Assembly: GCA_013239625.1 (NCBI GenBank)
Contig: MU055600.1
Span: forward strand, 21,837,520-21,901,519
From: Lama guanicoe
Taxonomy: Eukaryota
Reading direction: 5' to 3'
DNA: 64,000 nt
Positions 25,140 to 36,830 of this stretch are shown in pieces. Position 1 is the stretch's first letter; each line of letters starts with the position of its first letter. The translations under genes were made by a program, and so were the position numbers. The notes beneath the pieces are model-generated. The model was not told where the DNA came from, searched no databases, and worked only from the letters and a program-made list of their open reading frames with translations.

Positions 25140-25480
25140 TTTTCCTTAAAAGATGGGGTCATAATACACATACTGCTCAGAAAACAACTTTTTCATTTAA
25201 ACAACGTATCACGAACGTCTTCCAAGTCAGTAAATCCGTATCTATAATCATTTTGAATAAATATTCAGAATTTTATGGAACCAACGTACCGTAATTTAGC
25301 TAACCGCTTCTCTCAGTCTCAAAATTTTCACTGTTACAGTAAAAATTGCAGTGGCCATTTTGGTGAGTAACTCTTTCTATGACATCCATGTTTTCCCGGG
25401 ATAAATTCTTAGAAGAGGAATTGCTGGGTCAAAGGCTGTGTTTGGGGCGACAGTTTCAAACTGTGTTTCCAGAAAGTGTG
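25140..25480 (-). mobile_element. Old L1ME 3' fragment
   Basis: 'gtaccgtaatttagctaacc...ggataaattcttagaagaggaattgctgggtcaaagg'. Confidence 0.7.
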
Positions 25481-27139
25481 TGTGATTCTTTCCAGGAGGA
25501 TCTGAGAGCTCCTGCTCAGGAGGCAAACCCTCCCAAAACGTTTACTGTTTTGCCCACCTTGTAAGTTTTCAAAGTGGCCTTTGATTGCTTGAACGTTCTT
25601 CTCTTTGACTGTTAATCACAGCAGCTTTGAAACTGGGTGTGTGGGCAGCCCTGGGTAGGGGGGTCTCAGAGGTGGAGAGGGCTCTGCCCACCTCCCCACC
25701 CCAAACAGCCCTCGGGAGACCCTGGCCTTCCTCTGTTTCTAAGCCGCCTCCTCCTTTTTCTCTCCCCAGGGTTTGGGCAGAGGAGAAGGGGGGTCCTTCT
25801 CGAAGCCAGGCCAGGGTCTTGGTTTGCCCCTGCAGATGAAGGCACTGGAATCGCTAGGTCCCCAGCTGCGATCTGTCCTGCGGCTGGTGGGGTGGGGTCC
25901 AGCTGTCGGACCTCTCCGCCTGTTCCCATAGATGAGGAAACACACTGCCTCCATTCCCCCACTCCCGGCCCGTTCTAGCTTGAGGGAAAGAACATGGTAT
26001 TTAAATTAGTGATGCCACGGACAGAACATGAGCTTCGCGGTCAGACTAAGCCACTGAGCGCGTCACTCGTCAGAGAGAAGATGGGCACCACTCTTGGTGG
26101 GCGGCTTCCCAACCCTGCTGCTGGGGTCCCCACAGTTGGGGGGTCTCCCGGGGGCCAGCTTCCTCCACTTTCTGGAGAGCGGGAAGAAAGCAGAGGAAAG
26201 GGGAGAAGGGGGAGTAGGGGCCCCCAGGTCCTGTGGGCCCCACGCCCCGCGCCTGCTGTCCCCAGGGACGGTGGGCCCGCCCCGCTGCCTCACGTGAAAC
26301 ACTGCACGGATGCACTGCAGCCCGCTTTTCAGTGCTGCCACAGCCATAGAGGGAGACGACATTATTAGGAAGGAAAAAAAGAGCTGGCTGATTAATAATG
26401 TAAAACACCTGCGCGCCTGACAGCCCTCCTGCTGGGAAACACACAAAAGCCACAGCCGCTCCCCCAGGTAGCCCAGGGCCCGGGGTCCAGATTCCCCCGG
26501 GATGCTCGCCCGCTCCTCACCCCCACCTGCCCAGCGCACCCTGACAGCCAGCTCCCCCAGACACCTGTCTAACGCCACTGCCGAGAGGACGCCTCCCTTC
26601 TCCCCTGGCGAGGTGGCACGGAGCACTTTTACCACAAAGACCAAGCGGAGCTGCGCAGAGACCGGGACAGCTCCGCGGTTCCAGACTGTCCCGGGAGACG
26701 GCACTCAATTAAGAGGCTGGTTACTCTTTCTGCGCGAGCCTTGGAAGGCCCCAGGTAACAGCTCCTATAAATTCTATGGCAGGTGATGGCGAGTCACAGC
26801 CCGTCTTTTTGCCTTTGGGGAGGAGGCGTCGAGAGCAGGGATGGCAGATGTGGGTTGCACATGCTGCCGGCCCCCTGCCCGGATTGGAAGGGACATTTCC
26901 ACTTAGTCACACACACCGTCTGCCTTGGAACGCTTCACATCCCTGACGGTGCGGTGTTCCCCCCCACCAGCCGGCAAGCCCCCCCGAGAGCGTCCTAGCA
27001 GGGACCTGCTAGCCAGCCCTGAGCTCAGTCATTCTCTCCAGCCCTTGCTCCCTCACTCTGTTTGTAACATTAAAGAAACATGTTCATTAGAAATCCAAAC
27101 AGCTCTGCGTATTTCTAACTCCTGCAATAACTGTAAGTA

Positions 27140-27285
27140 CACGCACACACTTAACACGTGATCACTGTTCCTGCTTCGCAGAAACAGGCAGAAAGTGAGG
27201 CTTAAAGAGCTCAAACACCGAACCCAGAACCTAACAACTAACAAATGGTAGAGCTGGGATTTGAACACACGCTGACTAACCCAGC
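27140..27285 (-). mobile_element. MIR SINE
   Basis: 'gaaagtgaggcttaaagag...aacaaatggtagagctgggatttgaacac'. Confidence 0.65.
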
Positions 27286-28309
27286 CCAGAACACAGCTTA
27301 ACAGAGACGTGAATTCTGGTAGGAACATCTTAAATGACCAATGAAACATTGACTCTGGAACTCCTGGCAATGAGGAGCGAGGGAAACTGGGGCATCATTA
27401 CCCCCAAACCACATCATGTGAGCCTGCCTGGTGAGACTGAGATCTTAATTTGTTCTCCATCAAAGGCTCCGGGTGTGATGTGAGGACTTGCAGAGAAAGG
27501 GAAGGGGCACGCCTGCCTCTCTTCAGATGCTCTTGGATGCCTGCCTTCTGGCTCCTTGCGAGACCCTGGCAGTGTCTGGGCAGGAGTCAAGTCTCCAGGG
27601 TGCCCTCTGGGTCTGGCTGCCTTCTCAACCCTAAGGACCCAGAGTTACAGGCAAGCTCCCCACTGCTGTGTTTCCACCAGGCATCTCCCTGCAGGAAATG
27701 TTAAATCTGTAAGTCACGTGCCTGAAAGAGGTTAGAAAGAAGTAGGGGAAGGTACGTGAAGAATCAGCCCCTCCCAGCACCTGGGAAGGACGGTGCTGAG
27801 AACGGGCCACTAGAGGTGGACCCTGCAGTGCAGGGCCAGCCCCCCAAACCACAGGCACCAGAGGGGTGGGGCCTGAGGGGAACGCCTCATTCTCCTCCTC
27901 TGTGTCAGCATCCCAGCCACTTCTGCCGTCTTTCTCTCCCGGTCCCGCTGTGGGGATGCACAAGTCCACATCTGTGTGGCCCCTCCCCTAAGGTGGCACG
28001 TGACCCAGACTTCTCCATGAGCAATGGGGGGGTGCAGGGAGAGGATGTTAGCACTCATTACGTGCAAGCACTCTAGGTACCTCATCTCATCCTTGGCCCT
28101 TTGAATTGGGCGTACAGTCTGAACTTCATCGCGGTGCCAACGGAAACTGAAGCGGTTAAGCAATTTGCCCACACGGCTGGAAGGCGTGGCTGAGCGCCTG
28201 TCCAGGGCCTGTCTGTCCAGCCTCCTCGAGCTGAGCAATAAATCCGAGCTGGCCCACCGCCGGGCTCCAACCCTCCTGCGTAGGGGCCTCCTGGCAGCGG
28301 GGTTGCCAG

Positions 28310-28470
28310 TGCATCAGGTTTCCAGGGCGGCAGGGCGAGTTGGACACGGATGCTCCCGCCTCCAGATCCCGACCGGAGGCCTGGGTGGGGCCTGAGCACC
28401 TGCATTCTAATGAGCTCTCAGATGCTGCTGCTGCTGCTGGGCTGGGGGGGTCCATACTTTGAGAACCGTG
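28310..28470. mobile_element. MER5A hAT-Charlie MITE
   Basis: 'ctgggtggggcctgagcacctgcattctaatgagctctcagatgctgctgctgctgctgg...catactttgagaacc'. Confidence 0.8.
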
Positions 28471-29059
28471 CTTCCAATCATAAGAGTGGGTGTCTAACGA
28501 GGGAGCTTCAGCCCTCCAGCAGGAGAACATCTGGGGCTCGAGGGGCTTTCCAGCGACCCTGGCAGGGCCAAGTGGGCGGCGGCCCTGCGCCCCCAGGCTT
28601 GGGCCCAAGCCTTTGATGTGCTCCAGGTGGGGCCGTGCACTCAGTGCCTGATCTCTGGAGCAGAGCGCTCAGTGCTGGCTCGGCCCTGGTCACGGTGCAG
28701 GCGGGAGCGGCCCGAGCACCTGGCAAGCGCGGGGAAACTGGACGGCAGCGGTGGGGCTGACGGGGGCTGACAGGCTACAGCGAATGCCGCACAGCCAAGT
28801 GCAGCAGCTGCCTCCACCTGTCCAGCAACGGACACAAAGCAGCGAGGGGGCAAAGGCAGAGCAGCTGCTCCCGGGGGCACCGCATGGAGGGCCGGGCAGG
28901 ATTCACACTCAGCCGGGCAGGAGCTTCCTGTCCACCCAGACTGTCCCAGGTGGCCTTCAGGGGGTGGGAAACCCAGGATCAGGAGGAAACAGGTGATGAG
29001 GGCAGCCTCTGGACGCCTGTGAAGGTGCAGATACCAGCGCTTGCTCTAATAAGAGCTCA

Positions 29060-29290
29060 CATTTACTGGGCTGTTACTAGGCTCCAGGCAAAGCACGTTT
29101 GATGGATTACACAATTTACCCCTCCCGACAGCCCTGTCAGGGATTTACTGTTCTCACTTGCCTGACAAGGAAAGTGGGGTTCAGAGAGATTGCGTACATT
29201 TCCTAACACAGCACAGCTGCTCAGCAGCAGAACTGCGATCTGAGCTGACACCCGTCCTCTCCAGATGCCATGCTCTCTGTTACACTGCCT
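29060..29290 (-). mobile_element. MIR SINE
   Basis: 'catttactgggctgttactaggctccaggc...gacaaggaaagtggggttcagagagatt'. Confidence 0.6.
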
Positions 29291-30289
29291 CCCTTCTGAG
29301 GCTGGATTCCGACAGTTCATTTGTTCATTCATTCATTCACACACGCGTTCCCTCACTGAAACATTTTAGGCACTGGGAGTGAGAAAGGCAGGCCCAGCTT
29401 TTACCCTCAGGAAATTCACAGACGTGATGCAGAGAGGCAAGCGCCCTGAAGGGCAAGTGGCAGGCTGGGGGCTAGATGAGGGCGGCTCCCCAGCTCGGGC
29501 AGAGAAAGGGCCTGGGGCGTCGCTGGGAGTGGTGCTGCTTGAGTGAATGAGTGAAGGCCCCAGGGAAGGGCTGGCTTAGTCTGGCTGCCACGCATCCAGG
29601 CCAGGCTGCCCCACGGAGGAGGCTTGAGGGCTTCCTGGTCCAGAGGTTCCAACTTTGCTGCACAATGGACTCCTCTGGAGGCTGTAGAAGTCCCTCTGCC
29701 CTGGCCCCGCGCCAACCAGTCGGACTTCTGGGGCGGGGGACTCCCAGGTGGCAGTGAGCTTCGGCTCTCACCCACCGCCTGCCCCCGCCACGCTCTCCAC
29801 TGAATGAGCCAGGGCCCCAGGAGGCAGTTTAAAGGCCTGGGACCATCAGCTATGTCTTGTGACTTCGTCAGCTGAAGGTTGAAACCAGAAGAGAAAAGTG
29901 GTTGCAAGAAGGGAACAGCTGGACAAACGCGTCAAGTGAGAGCGTAACTCAGATCCAGGTTTATCTTTAGCTCTCTCTCCACGGGCACACCACCGCACAG
30001 TCACATCCCGGATCTGGCATTCTGGACCACGGCTGATGCCAGAGAAATGTTGCCTCCTAGCCCGGGACTCGGCGCGTCTCAGAAAGACGTGGGAGGACTT
30101 TGAGCTCTCACTAAAGGGAGCGAGGGCCCCGGAGGGTGAGACGGGTCTTGGGAGGGTGTCTCTGAGAGTCCCAGCCCCGCCTCCGGCCCCTCACTGCCCC
30201 ACCCCTGAGTCAGGAGGAGACGCTCTGGCCCTGCCCTGATGCCCGCGCCCCAGGCCGTCGCTGAGTTCTTTCACTCCCAAACTAGAAGT

Positions 30290-30530
30290 GCCCTATTGTG
30301 ACATAGTTGCCGCCAACAGCAACTGAGCAGCAAAAAGGTTAATTAGATTAATTTTAAAACAAACTCTGCAGAAGGAAGGTGCTCAGACAGTTGAGCAGAC
30401 CAGTGGAAAGCCAGTGTTGTCGCTAAATTGACTTCCAAATGAATTTTACATCCGTAGCTCATTTTCCTTAATTCATCCTCTGCTTCCTGTGATTTGTTGA
30501 CAGCAATTGATTATTTAAGTGAGTGGCATC
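30290..30530. promoter_or_regulatory. AT-rich, non-repeat enhancer-like island
   Basis: Clustered TAAT/ATTA (ttaattagattaatt), TGACAG 30498, TGATTA 30508, TTAAGTG 30515, CTATTGT near 30293, embedded in GC-rich flanks. Confidence 0.4.
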
Positions 30531-31029
30531 TGGGGGCCAGGATCATTCAGTGACCGGAAACGCACATATGATCCTAATGCTGAGTGTTACTTGCTTGAGT
30601 TTGCATCACCTACTTAGGCTGTAGAAGGGATCGGGGCATCAGAGCCGCCCCCATTTCAGGGCGCAGGGCTGACCACGGGGACCCGGGGCGCTGGGGTGCA
30701 CTTCACACCAGAGGCTGGATGGTCCTGCACCTTTAAGACACCAGATCACAGCCTCACATCACTCACGGGCCATCTACCACTAGTTCTTGTTTGTTTGTTT
30801 GTTTTCAAAGCAAAAAAATTTAGAAAAACACACAGATTTCTGGGTTTGGAATCTAGGAATCTCTTGGATGGATGAGTAGCTGTGCTGGTGATGAGAAAAA
30901 TATGATGTGTGTGGGGAATGTGGAGGGAAAATGAGGAGAGGTTGAGACTAGAGCCAGAGCAGGGCTGTCGGATAGAGCAATGGTACACACACCACACATA
31001 CACACACCCCCCAGACATAACCCAGTCCC

Positions 31030-31203
31030 AGGACCTGAGATTCTCAGACCTCCATGTTGTCCGAATCCCCAGATGCTGGTTTCACAGGTGACTCCCAGGC
31101 TCCACTCCCGAGGAGATCTAGGAAGGGGCCCTAAACTCTGCAGTAAATAAACACCCCGAGTGGTGCTGATGTGGGTGGCCCAATGCCCCTTTGAGAAACA
31201 CTG
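31030..31203. mobile_element. MER5B-like MITE
   Basis: 'atctaggaaggggccctaaactctgcagtaaataaacaccccgagtggtgctgatg...ctttgagaaacactg'. Confidence 0.6.
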
Positions 31204-31279
31204 TTTATCCCTAAACATTCTTCGTGTCCTGCCTCAGCTCTTTTCCCAGCTGTCTTTGATCCACTCTGTGCCTTGCCGC

Positions 31280-31458
31280 CTCCTCTCCCACTCTCGCTGC
31301 CGCTGCATCAGGGCCCACTCTGAATCCAAGACGCTCTCATGTCAAGATTCTTAACGACATCTCCAAAGGCCCTCCTGCCAAATAAGGACACGTTCACAGG
31401 TTCCAAAGGTTAGGATCTGGACATATCTTTTGGGGGATCATTATTTAATCCACTATAG
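31280..31458 (-). mobile_element. MLT1B/C-like LTR fragment
   Basis: 'gccaaataaggacacgttcacaggttccaaaggttaggatctggacatatctttttggggg...aatccactata'. Confidence 0.75.
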
Positions 31459-31459
31459 T

Positions 31460-31870
31460 GGCTTAGAATCAAGATGAAAGCAGTGAAGTTACTGAAAAAA
31501 ATAGTTATATTTTGAAGGTAGAGCCAACAGGATTTGAGGAGTAAGAGAGTGAGGAGTCAAGGATGACTCCACGGCATTTGGCTGAACAACTGGCACGATG
31601 GAATGGCCATGATTTGAGGCTGGAAAGGCTGCCGGTGGGTCAGGTTCAGGGAGAGTGGAGACCAGAAGCTCAGTTTTGAACATCTAAAGCTTGAGAAGAG
31701 TGTTAGGCATCCAAGTGGAGACGCCAGGCAGGTACATGGATGTAGACGCTGGACTTCAGGAGGGGGTTCCTGGCCAGAGACGTAAGTCTGTGAACTATCA
31801 GCACAGACACGGCGTTAAAGTCGCGAAGCTGAATCAGGTGATCTCAGTGGTGAGTGTGGCGGAGGAGAGG
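31460..31870 (-). mobile_element. L2a LINE fragment
   Basis: 'tattttgaaggtagagccaacaggattt...ggagtcaaggatgactcc...gctgaacaactgg...ggcatccaagtggagacg'. Confidence 0.85.
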
Positions 31871-33044
31871 AAGGATCTGTGCGCAGGGCCTGTGCCGGGC
31901 TGTGGGCAGAGACACGTCTGATGGTTCCTGCTCCCCAGTAACCCGCGGTCCAAGGTGGGAGACAGCCAGCAAGATCCATGCTCAGAAGTGTCCCATCTGC
32001 CAGCCACGCTGCTTCTCACACCAGCGCTCGGGTCACCACGGGGACGGTCACGCTTCTTCCATACGTCCTCCGAGTGGCCGATGGCTCATGGCTTCTGTCT
32101 TTACAGACTTCTTTTAACGCTCAGTCCTCTTGCACAACCATATGTTTGAAAGAGTAAGAGCAAAAAGAAGGCAGGCAACCCCCTTGCAGTCTGGGGAAAT
32201 CCAAAGCTCTCCAGGAAGGAACTGGGCCGTAGCGTCTCCAAGTTCATCTCCTCTATGAAAGTGGTTCCCATTTCTGACTTTTTTCCAAACTAAAAGGCCA
32301 GTGAGACACATCAACTCAGATCAAGGTAACTCTCCCTATCTGAAAGGCGTTGCCAACCTGGGTCTGCATCTGCAGCCGCCAACCCCCATTCCTGTTTGTT
32401 GAGAGATGAGAAAACAAATATATTGGCAGCTTGTTATGAAATATGTTCTCCCCAAATCCAATCTACTGTGTGTGATTCAAATCTATTTATACTCTTAAAA
32501 AATTAAAATCAATGCTTCTGTTTGGAGCACGGCCGTTTGTTCTTACTGAGTTTGCCTTCACAACGAAGCGCCCATAAAGCTGGCTGAGAGTTTTCTCCAT
32601 TCAGGAAAATTGCGTGTTTCTGCAGGCGGTAGACGGGGCCGCGGTCCCGGCATAGGCAAGAGTGGTCCGGACGAGCAAAGCCAAGGTCAAGGCTGTCATA
32701 GTTATGTTTTACGGCCACAGAATGTAAAATCATGAAATTATGAATTTCCTTGAAATTCTGCTTTTGGGGTAAAGGGAGGCGGAAGTTTGTCTGCAGGGTT
32801 GGAGTTTCAGTCGGCACAGTTAATTCACACCTTGTTTAAATGCGCGTGTTCTCCAGCCTGGTCTTCCTCAGATGCGGCAGAGCCCACAGGCGCCCGCACA
32901 CGTGTGCACCGAGCATGGATCGCAAGGACGTCACCTGCAGCGCTGTCAGCAATAGCTCGGAGCTGCAGACGGCCTCCGAGTCCACCGGCACACGCGTTTT
33001 CTGTGCCATCTACAAAATGAAGTGCTACGTATCGTATGAAAGGT

Positions 33045-33415
33045 CGGGTGAAGAAGCCTGCTGGTTTTGCCAAAACAAATACCGCAGACCAGGGGCTCAC
33101 ACCACAGACATTTATTTTCCCAAAGTCCTGGAGCCTAGAAGCCCGGGACCAAGACGTCAGCAGGCTGGTTTCTCCTGAAGCGTCCGCCCGTGGCTGGAGA
33201 CGGCTGCCCCCTCCCTGAGCGCGCGCGCCTGAGGCCTCTGTGTCCCGAGCTCCCGCCCCTGAAAGGAGACCAGTCATGCCGGCTGGGGCCCACGCTAATG
33301 ACCCACTTTAACTGAGCTACATCTTCAAAGGCTTCATCTCCAAAAACAGTCACACTTTGAGGGGCTGGAGGTTAAGGCTTCCACATGTGAATTTTGGGAG
33401 ACACAATTCAGGCCG
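33045..33415 (-). mobile_element. MLT1A/B-like solo LTR, GC-shifted
   Basis: 'acaaataccgcagacc...acagacatttattttcccaaagtcctggagcctagaag...ctccaaaaacagtcacactttgagg...gttaaggcttccacatgtgaattttgggagacacaattcag'. Confidence 0.85.
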
Positions 33416-33532
33416 GCACTGGACGAGCCCCACATACTCTGACTTGGAAGAATGGCCATGAAATTCTGCTTAGAGAGAGAAGGAAGCTGCAGGGGAGTAT
33501 GTATCGTGTGATCCTAGTGTTGCTTTAAAACC

Positions 33533-33639
33533 TGTGTGCGTGCATGTGTGTGCGCACATGCGTGTGTGTATGTACGTGTGTGCATGTGTGTGTGCGTGCG
33601 TGTGTGCGTGCGTGCATGTGTGTGTGCGTGTGCGTGTGT
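33533..33639. repeat. 107-bp uninterrupted alternating pyrimidine/purine tract
   Basis: TG/CG/CA/TA dinucleotides in a single register from 33533 to 33639. Confidence 0.9.
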
Positions 33640-34944
33640 CTAGGACACCGTCAGCAGGTGCACACTGACCGGGTAGCAGGGGCCTCTCTGGCAGGTAGAA
33701 CATGGGGCAGAGGACTCGACTTCATTTTCTAAATGTCTGTATTGTTAGTTTGAACTTTTTTTTTTAACAGCAACCAAGCAACAAATTTGTAATTCAGTTT
33801 TTTGCAAACCTGGCAGGACAAAAGGAAGGCTGCTCTCACTCACAGGGAGGGCCCAGAGACAGCGCACACCTCAGCACTTCTGCCATCATTACATACTAAG
33901 TGCCTACTGTGTGCCAAGAACTTTACTACAAGTCTCACTGACCCCCGCCCTACTGCTGTAAGCTGAACACCAGTGCCCACTTCTTACAGCTGGAGAACTC
34001 GCACCTGGAGCATGAATAATACAAATTCCTTGAGAATCAAAAAGGGTCAACTGAAACATGTGGGCCAGATGGCAGTGGGAGCCATAGACTCACCACTGAG
34101 ATCAGGGAGGCTGCAGGGCCAAGGACAGTGCCTGGAACAGTGTGTGTCCCCCTGGACAAGCAGGAGTCCAGCCACAGATGCAGACAAAGGACCGGGTGCC
34201 TGGGACGAGTGCTGGGCGGGGCCACACTGATCCCCGGACTGCCAAGGATGGGTTTCATCCAGAGACGGGACCGAGGTCCAGAGCCAGGAACTAATCTGGG
34301 AACTCCAGACCACCAGAGCTGAGAGTTACGGCTTGACGATACGGGGTGAAGCCTGGGGGTTCTTTCTCGGTCATGGGGCAGAGCAGCGGAAGGGGTCTTC
34401 GCGGTGGGACTGAGCGCACAGTAGCTGCTGAACACAGGCTAATGTCCTCCTGTTCTGAAGCTAAGGAGTGTTATTCGCACACTGGTGACATTTGGGGTGT
34501 CTCCATACTTCTAGCTAACATTTTTATTCTTGCCCTCAGGACGGGTCAGAGTTCACCCAGGCATCGGGTCCAGCTGGTGATTTCAAAGAAGGAGCGCTGG
34601 TCGAAGCTGTGCACAAAAGCAGGGAGAAATAGACAAAACTCTCCAAGGCAGAGCGGGGCCCAGTGGGGAGGAAGGCAGAGCCAGGCAATGGGATTCAAGG
34701 TCTCACTGCCCCAGACGGCTGGAGCGGCCTGGCCGGACGGCACTTTACATGAAGACTCGAGGTTGCTCACTCGGCTCCCAGTCCAGGCGAACTCACGGTA
34801 CATCACGCCACAGCCACTAGGAAAGCTCCCGCATCTGCCGCCTGCGTCCCTAGAAGCATGGCGTTTCGGTCAGACGAAGTGAGGGTCCGACCGTCCTCAG
34901 GCCCGGCCAGACTTCGTCGGGGTTTGGGGTCCAGCTGGTGAACA

Positions 34945-35115
34945 CTAGCAGCAGTTGTAAACCAGCAGCCCAGGGGCTGGATCCAGCCTGCGGACACTGT
35001 TGTCTGGTTTACATAACGCTGTAAAAAAACCACAAAAAGCAAAGGAAAAAACAAGCTGATCAAAAGCAAAAGTTTTCCAACAAAAACCCAGATTTCCAGC
35101 AGCTTTTAAAAGGTT
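34945..35115. mobile_element. hAT-Charlie MITE fragment (MER102/MER3-like)
   Basis: 'cagcagttgtaaaccagcagcccaggggctggatccagcctgcggacac...aaaaacccagatttccagcagctttt'. Confidence 0.5.
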
Positions 35116-35223
35116 CAGAAGACCCAGCACCGTCCTTCACGACAACACCTGGCTGGGCCTGAGCACCATCTGCTTTTTTCAGATGCAGCGTCCACCTGGC
35201 CGTTTGCCACAGGGCTCCCCATT

Positions 35224-35322
35224 CCCAGTGGTCCCCGAAGAGCGAGACTGGGGGCTCCCAGTGGTCCCTGAAGAGCGAGACTGGGGGCTCCCAGTGGTCC
35301 CTGAAGAGCGAGACTGGGGGCT
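35224..35322. repeat. 33-bp minisatellite x3
   Basis: cccagtggtccc(c/t)gaagagcgagactgggggct repeated three times. Confidence 0.95.
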
Positions 35323-36599
35323 AGCTGGCCTTTATCACTGAGTTTGCAGAGCAAAGCTTTTCCAGAGCCACGTCTGTGAAAAGCGGGAACATGAGAGGAG
35401 ACGGCCGGGTGGTTCTACTATACCTGTGGCTCCATTTATTCTCCGACGCGTCTGCTGTGTGCAGACGTTTGAGTTTGCGGTCTGCGCTCAGTGCACCCAG
35501 AGGAAGCAGCCCCGCATCTAGGAAGGCCTGCTGGGGAAGGGTTGCACTGGTGGCAGAGATTCAGCGTGGAGGAGAGACGGCTCAGAGGATGCAGCACTGT
35601 GGAGCACAGGCCCCGAAGGACTGCCACAGGCAGGCGGACTGGCTTCCGGGTTACTCCAGTGGGCAGACGGACGACGCGGGTTCCAGGAAAGCAGATGTCA
35701 GCTTAACACGTGAACCAGTGTCTGAGCAGCCAAGCTTTCCGAAGGAGCAGGAGCAGGAGTGGAGAGCGGGAGGGGATGAGAACGGCGTCGGGGATGCGCC
35801 AGGAAGAACGAAGGAGGAGGCAGCCCCAGCCAGGGATTCCAGTCCTGCCGGTTATTCGCCGTGGCCTTGAACAAGTGCTGAACTTGAGGCCTGCAAACAG
35901 GCATTAACATCACGCTGCCTTTTAGGGAGGTGGTGAGGGTAAAGCGAAAGCCATAAAATAAAAACCAAGTAAACGCTTTTGCGTGATACGTGTCCTGTAG
36001 TAAACACTCAGCAAATGTCAGCGGTCACTGCTCGTGATTGGGCGAGACGTCGGACAGTTATTTCCAAGAGCGCTGCCGAGCCGAGACTCTGTGCTCTCCT
36101 CTTCCTTCACTTCCACTTCCTCCCCTCCACAAAGTGCTGAAAAAGAAGGGAAATGAGGAAACGCAGCCTCGTTTTCCTGCCCTGCGCTTCTCACTCCCAT
36201 CAGCGCGCTTCTCCTCATGAAACGGCCACAGGCGACGTCCGTGAACGGGGAGCTTTATCCTCAGCTCCTCCTATGGCCTCTGCTTTGGCGCCGCGCGTCC
36301 TGGAAGCCGGCTACGGTTTGCAGAAGGGACGCTCGTCCGAAAGTGCCTGCTCGTCGCTCTTCCTTCAGATTTAAAGTTGGTTGCAGTGACGCCGTCGGGG
36401 GCTGAGTCAGCATCCAGATCAGTCAGCTTCTCGTGAGGAACTTGGAACCTGGACCCGGCTGCTGGGTATCGGTTTGATGTGATTCCCGATCCACTTGGTG
36501 ATGACTTAAGTGAAGTTGTTTTAATCCACGTGTTTATGACAAAGACCCAAGTTGGTTTTAGAAGTAGAGTTGTTTTGAGGAAAGAACAAAGCAAGCTGT

Positions 36600-36830
36600 G
36601 TGAGGGTGTCGTGACCCGTGGCCAGCCGGTCAGCACTCGGGGGCCCGGCGGCCAAGCGCCCGCCGGGGGCTTGCTGGTGAGGGTGCATGGAGGAGCGGCC
36701 GCGGCCGCGGCGCGTGGAACACGCGGGGCGAGAGCCACGGCGGAGAGGCCGGGTCTGGGCCGAGCGCCCTTTGCTGGTCCAGATCGTGGAAGATCGCGAG
36801 ACACTCGCTCCTCTTGGCCGGCAATGGTGC
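36600..36830. promoter_or_regulatory. Small very CpG-dense island
   Basis: gcggccgcggccgcggcgcg (two overlapping NotI sites, 36695-36708) and many CpGs; no repeat recognised. Confidence 0.45.

Noticed and set aside
35224-35322. CRISPR-like appearance of hairpin-forming 33-bp repeats
   Set aside because: Contiguous units with no spacers, mammalian DNA, no cas genes.
35376-35870. 164-aa ORF with a signal-peptide-like start (VVLLYLWLHLFSDASA)
   Set aside because: No recognisable family, ends in MIR-derived sequence, no supporting splice or promoter context.
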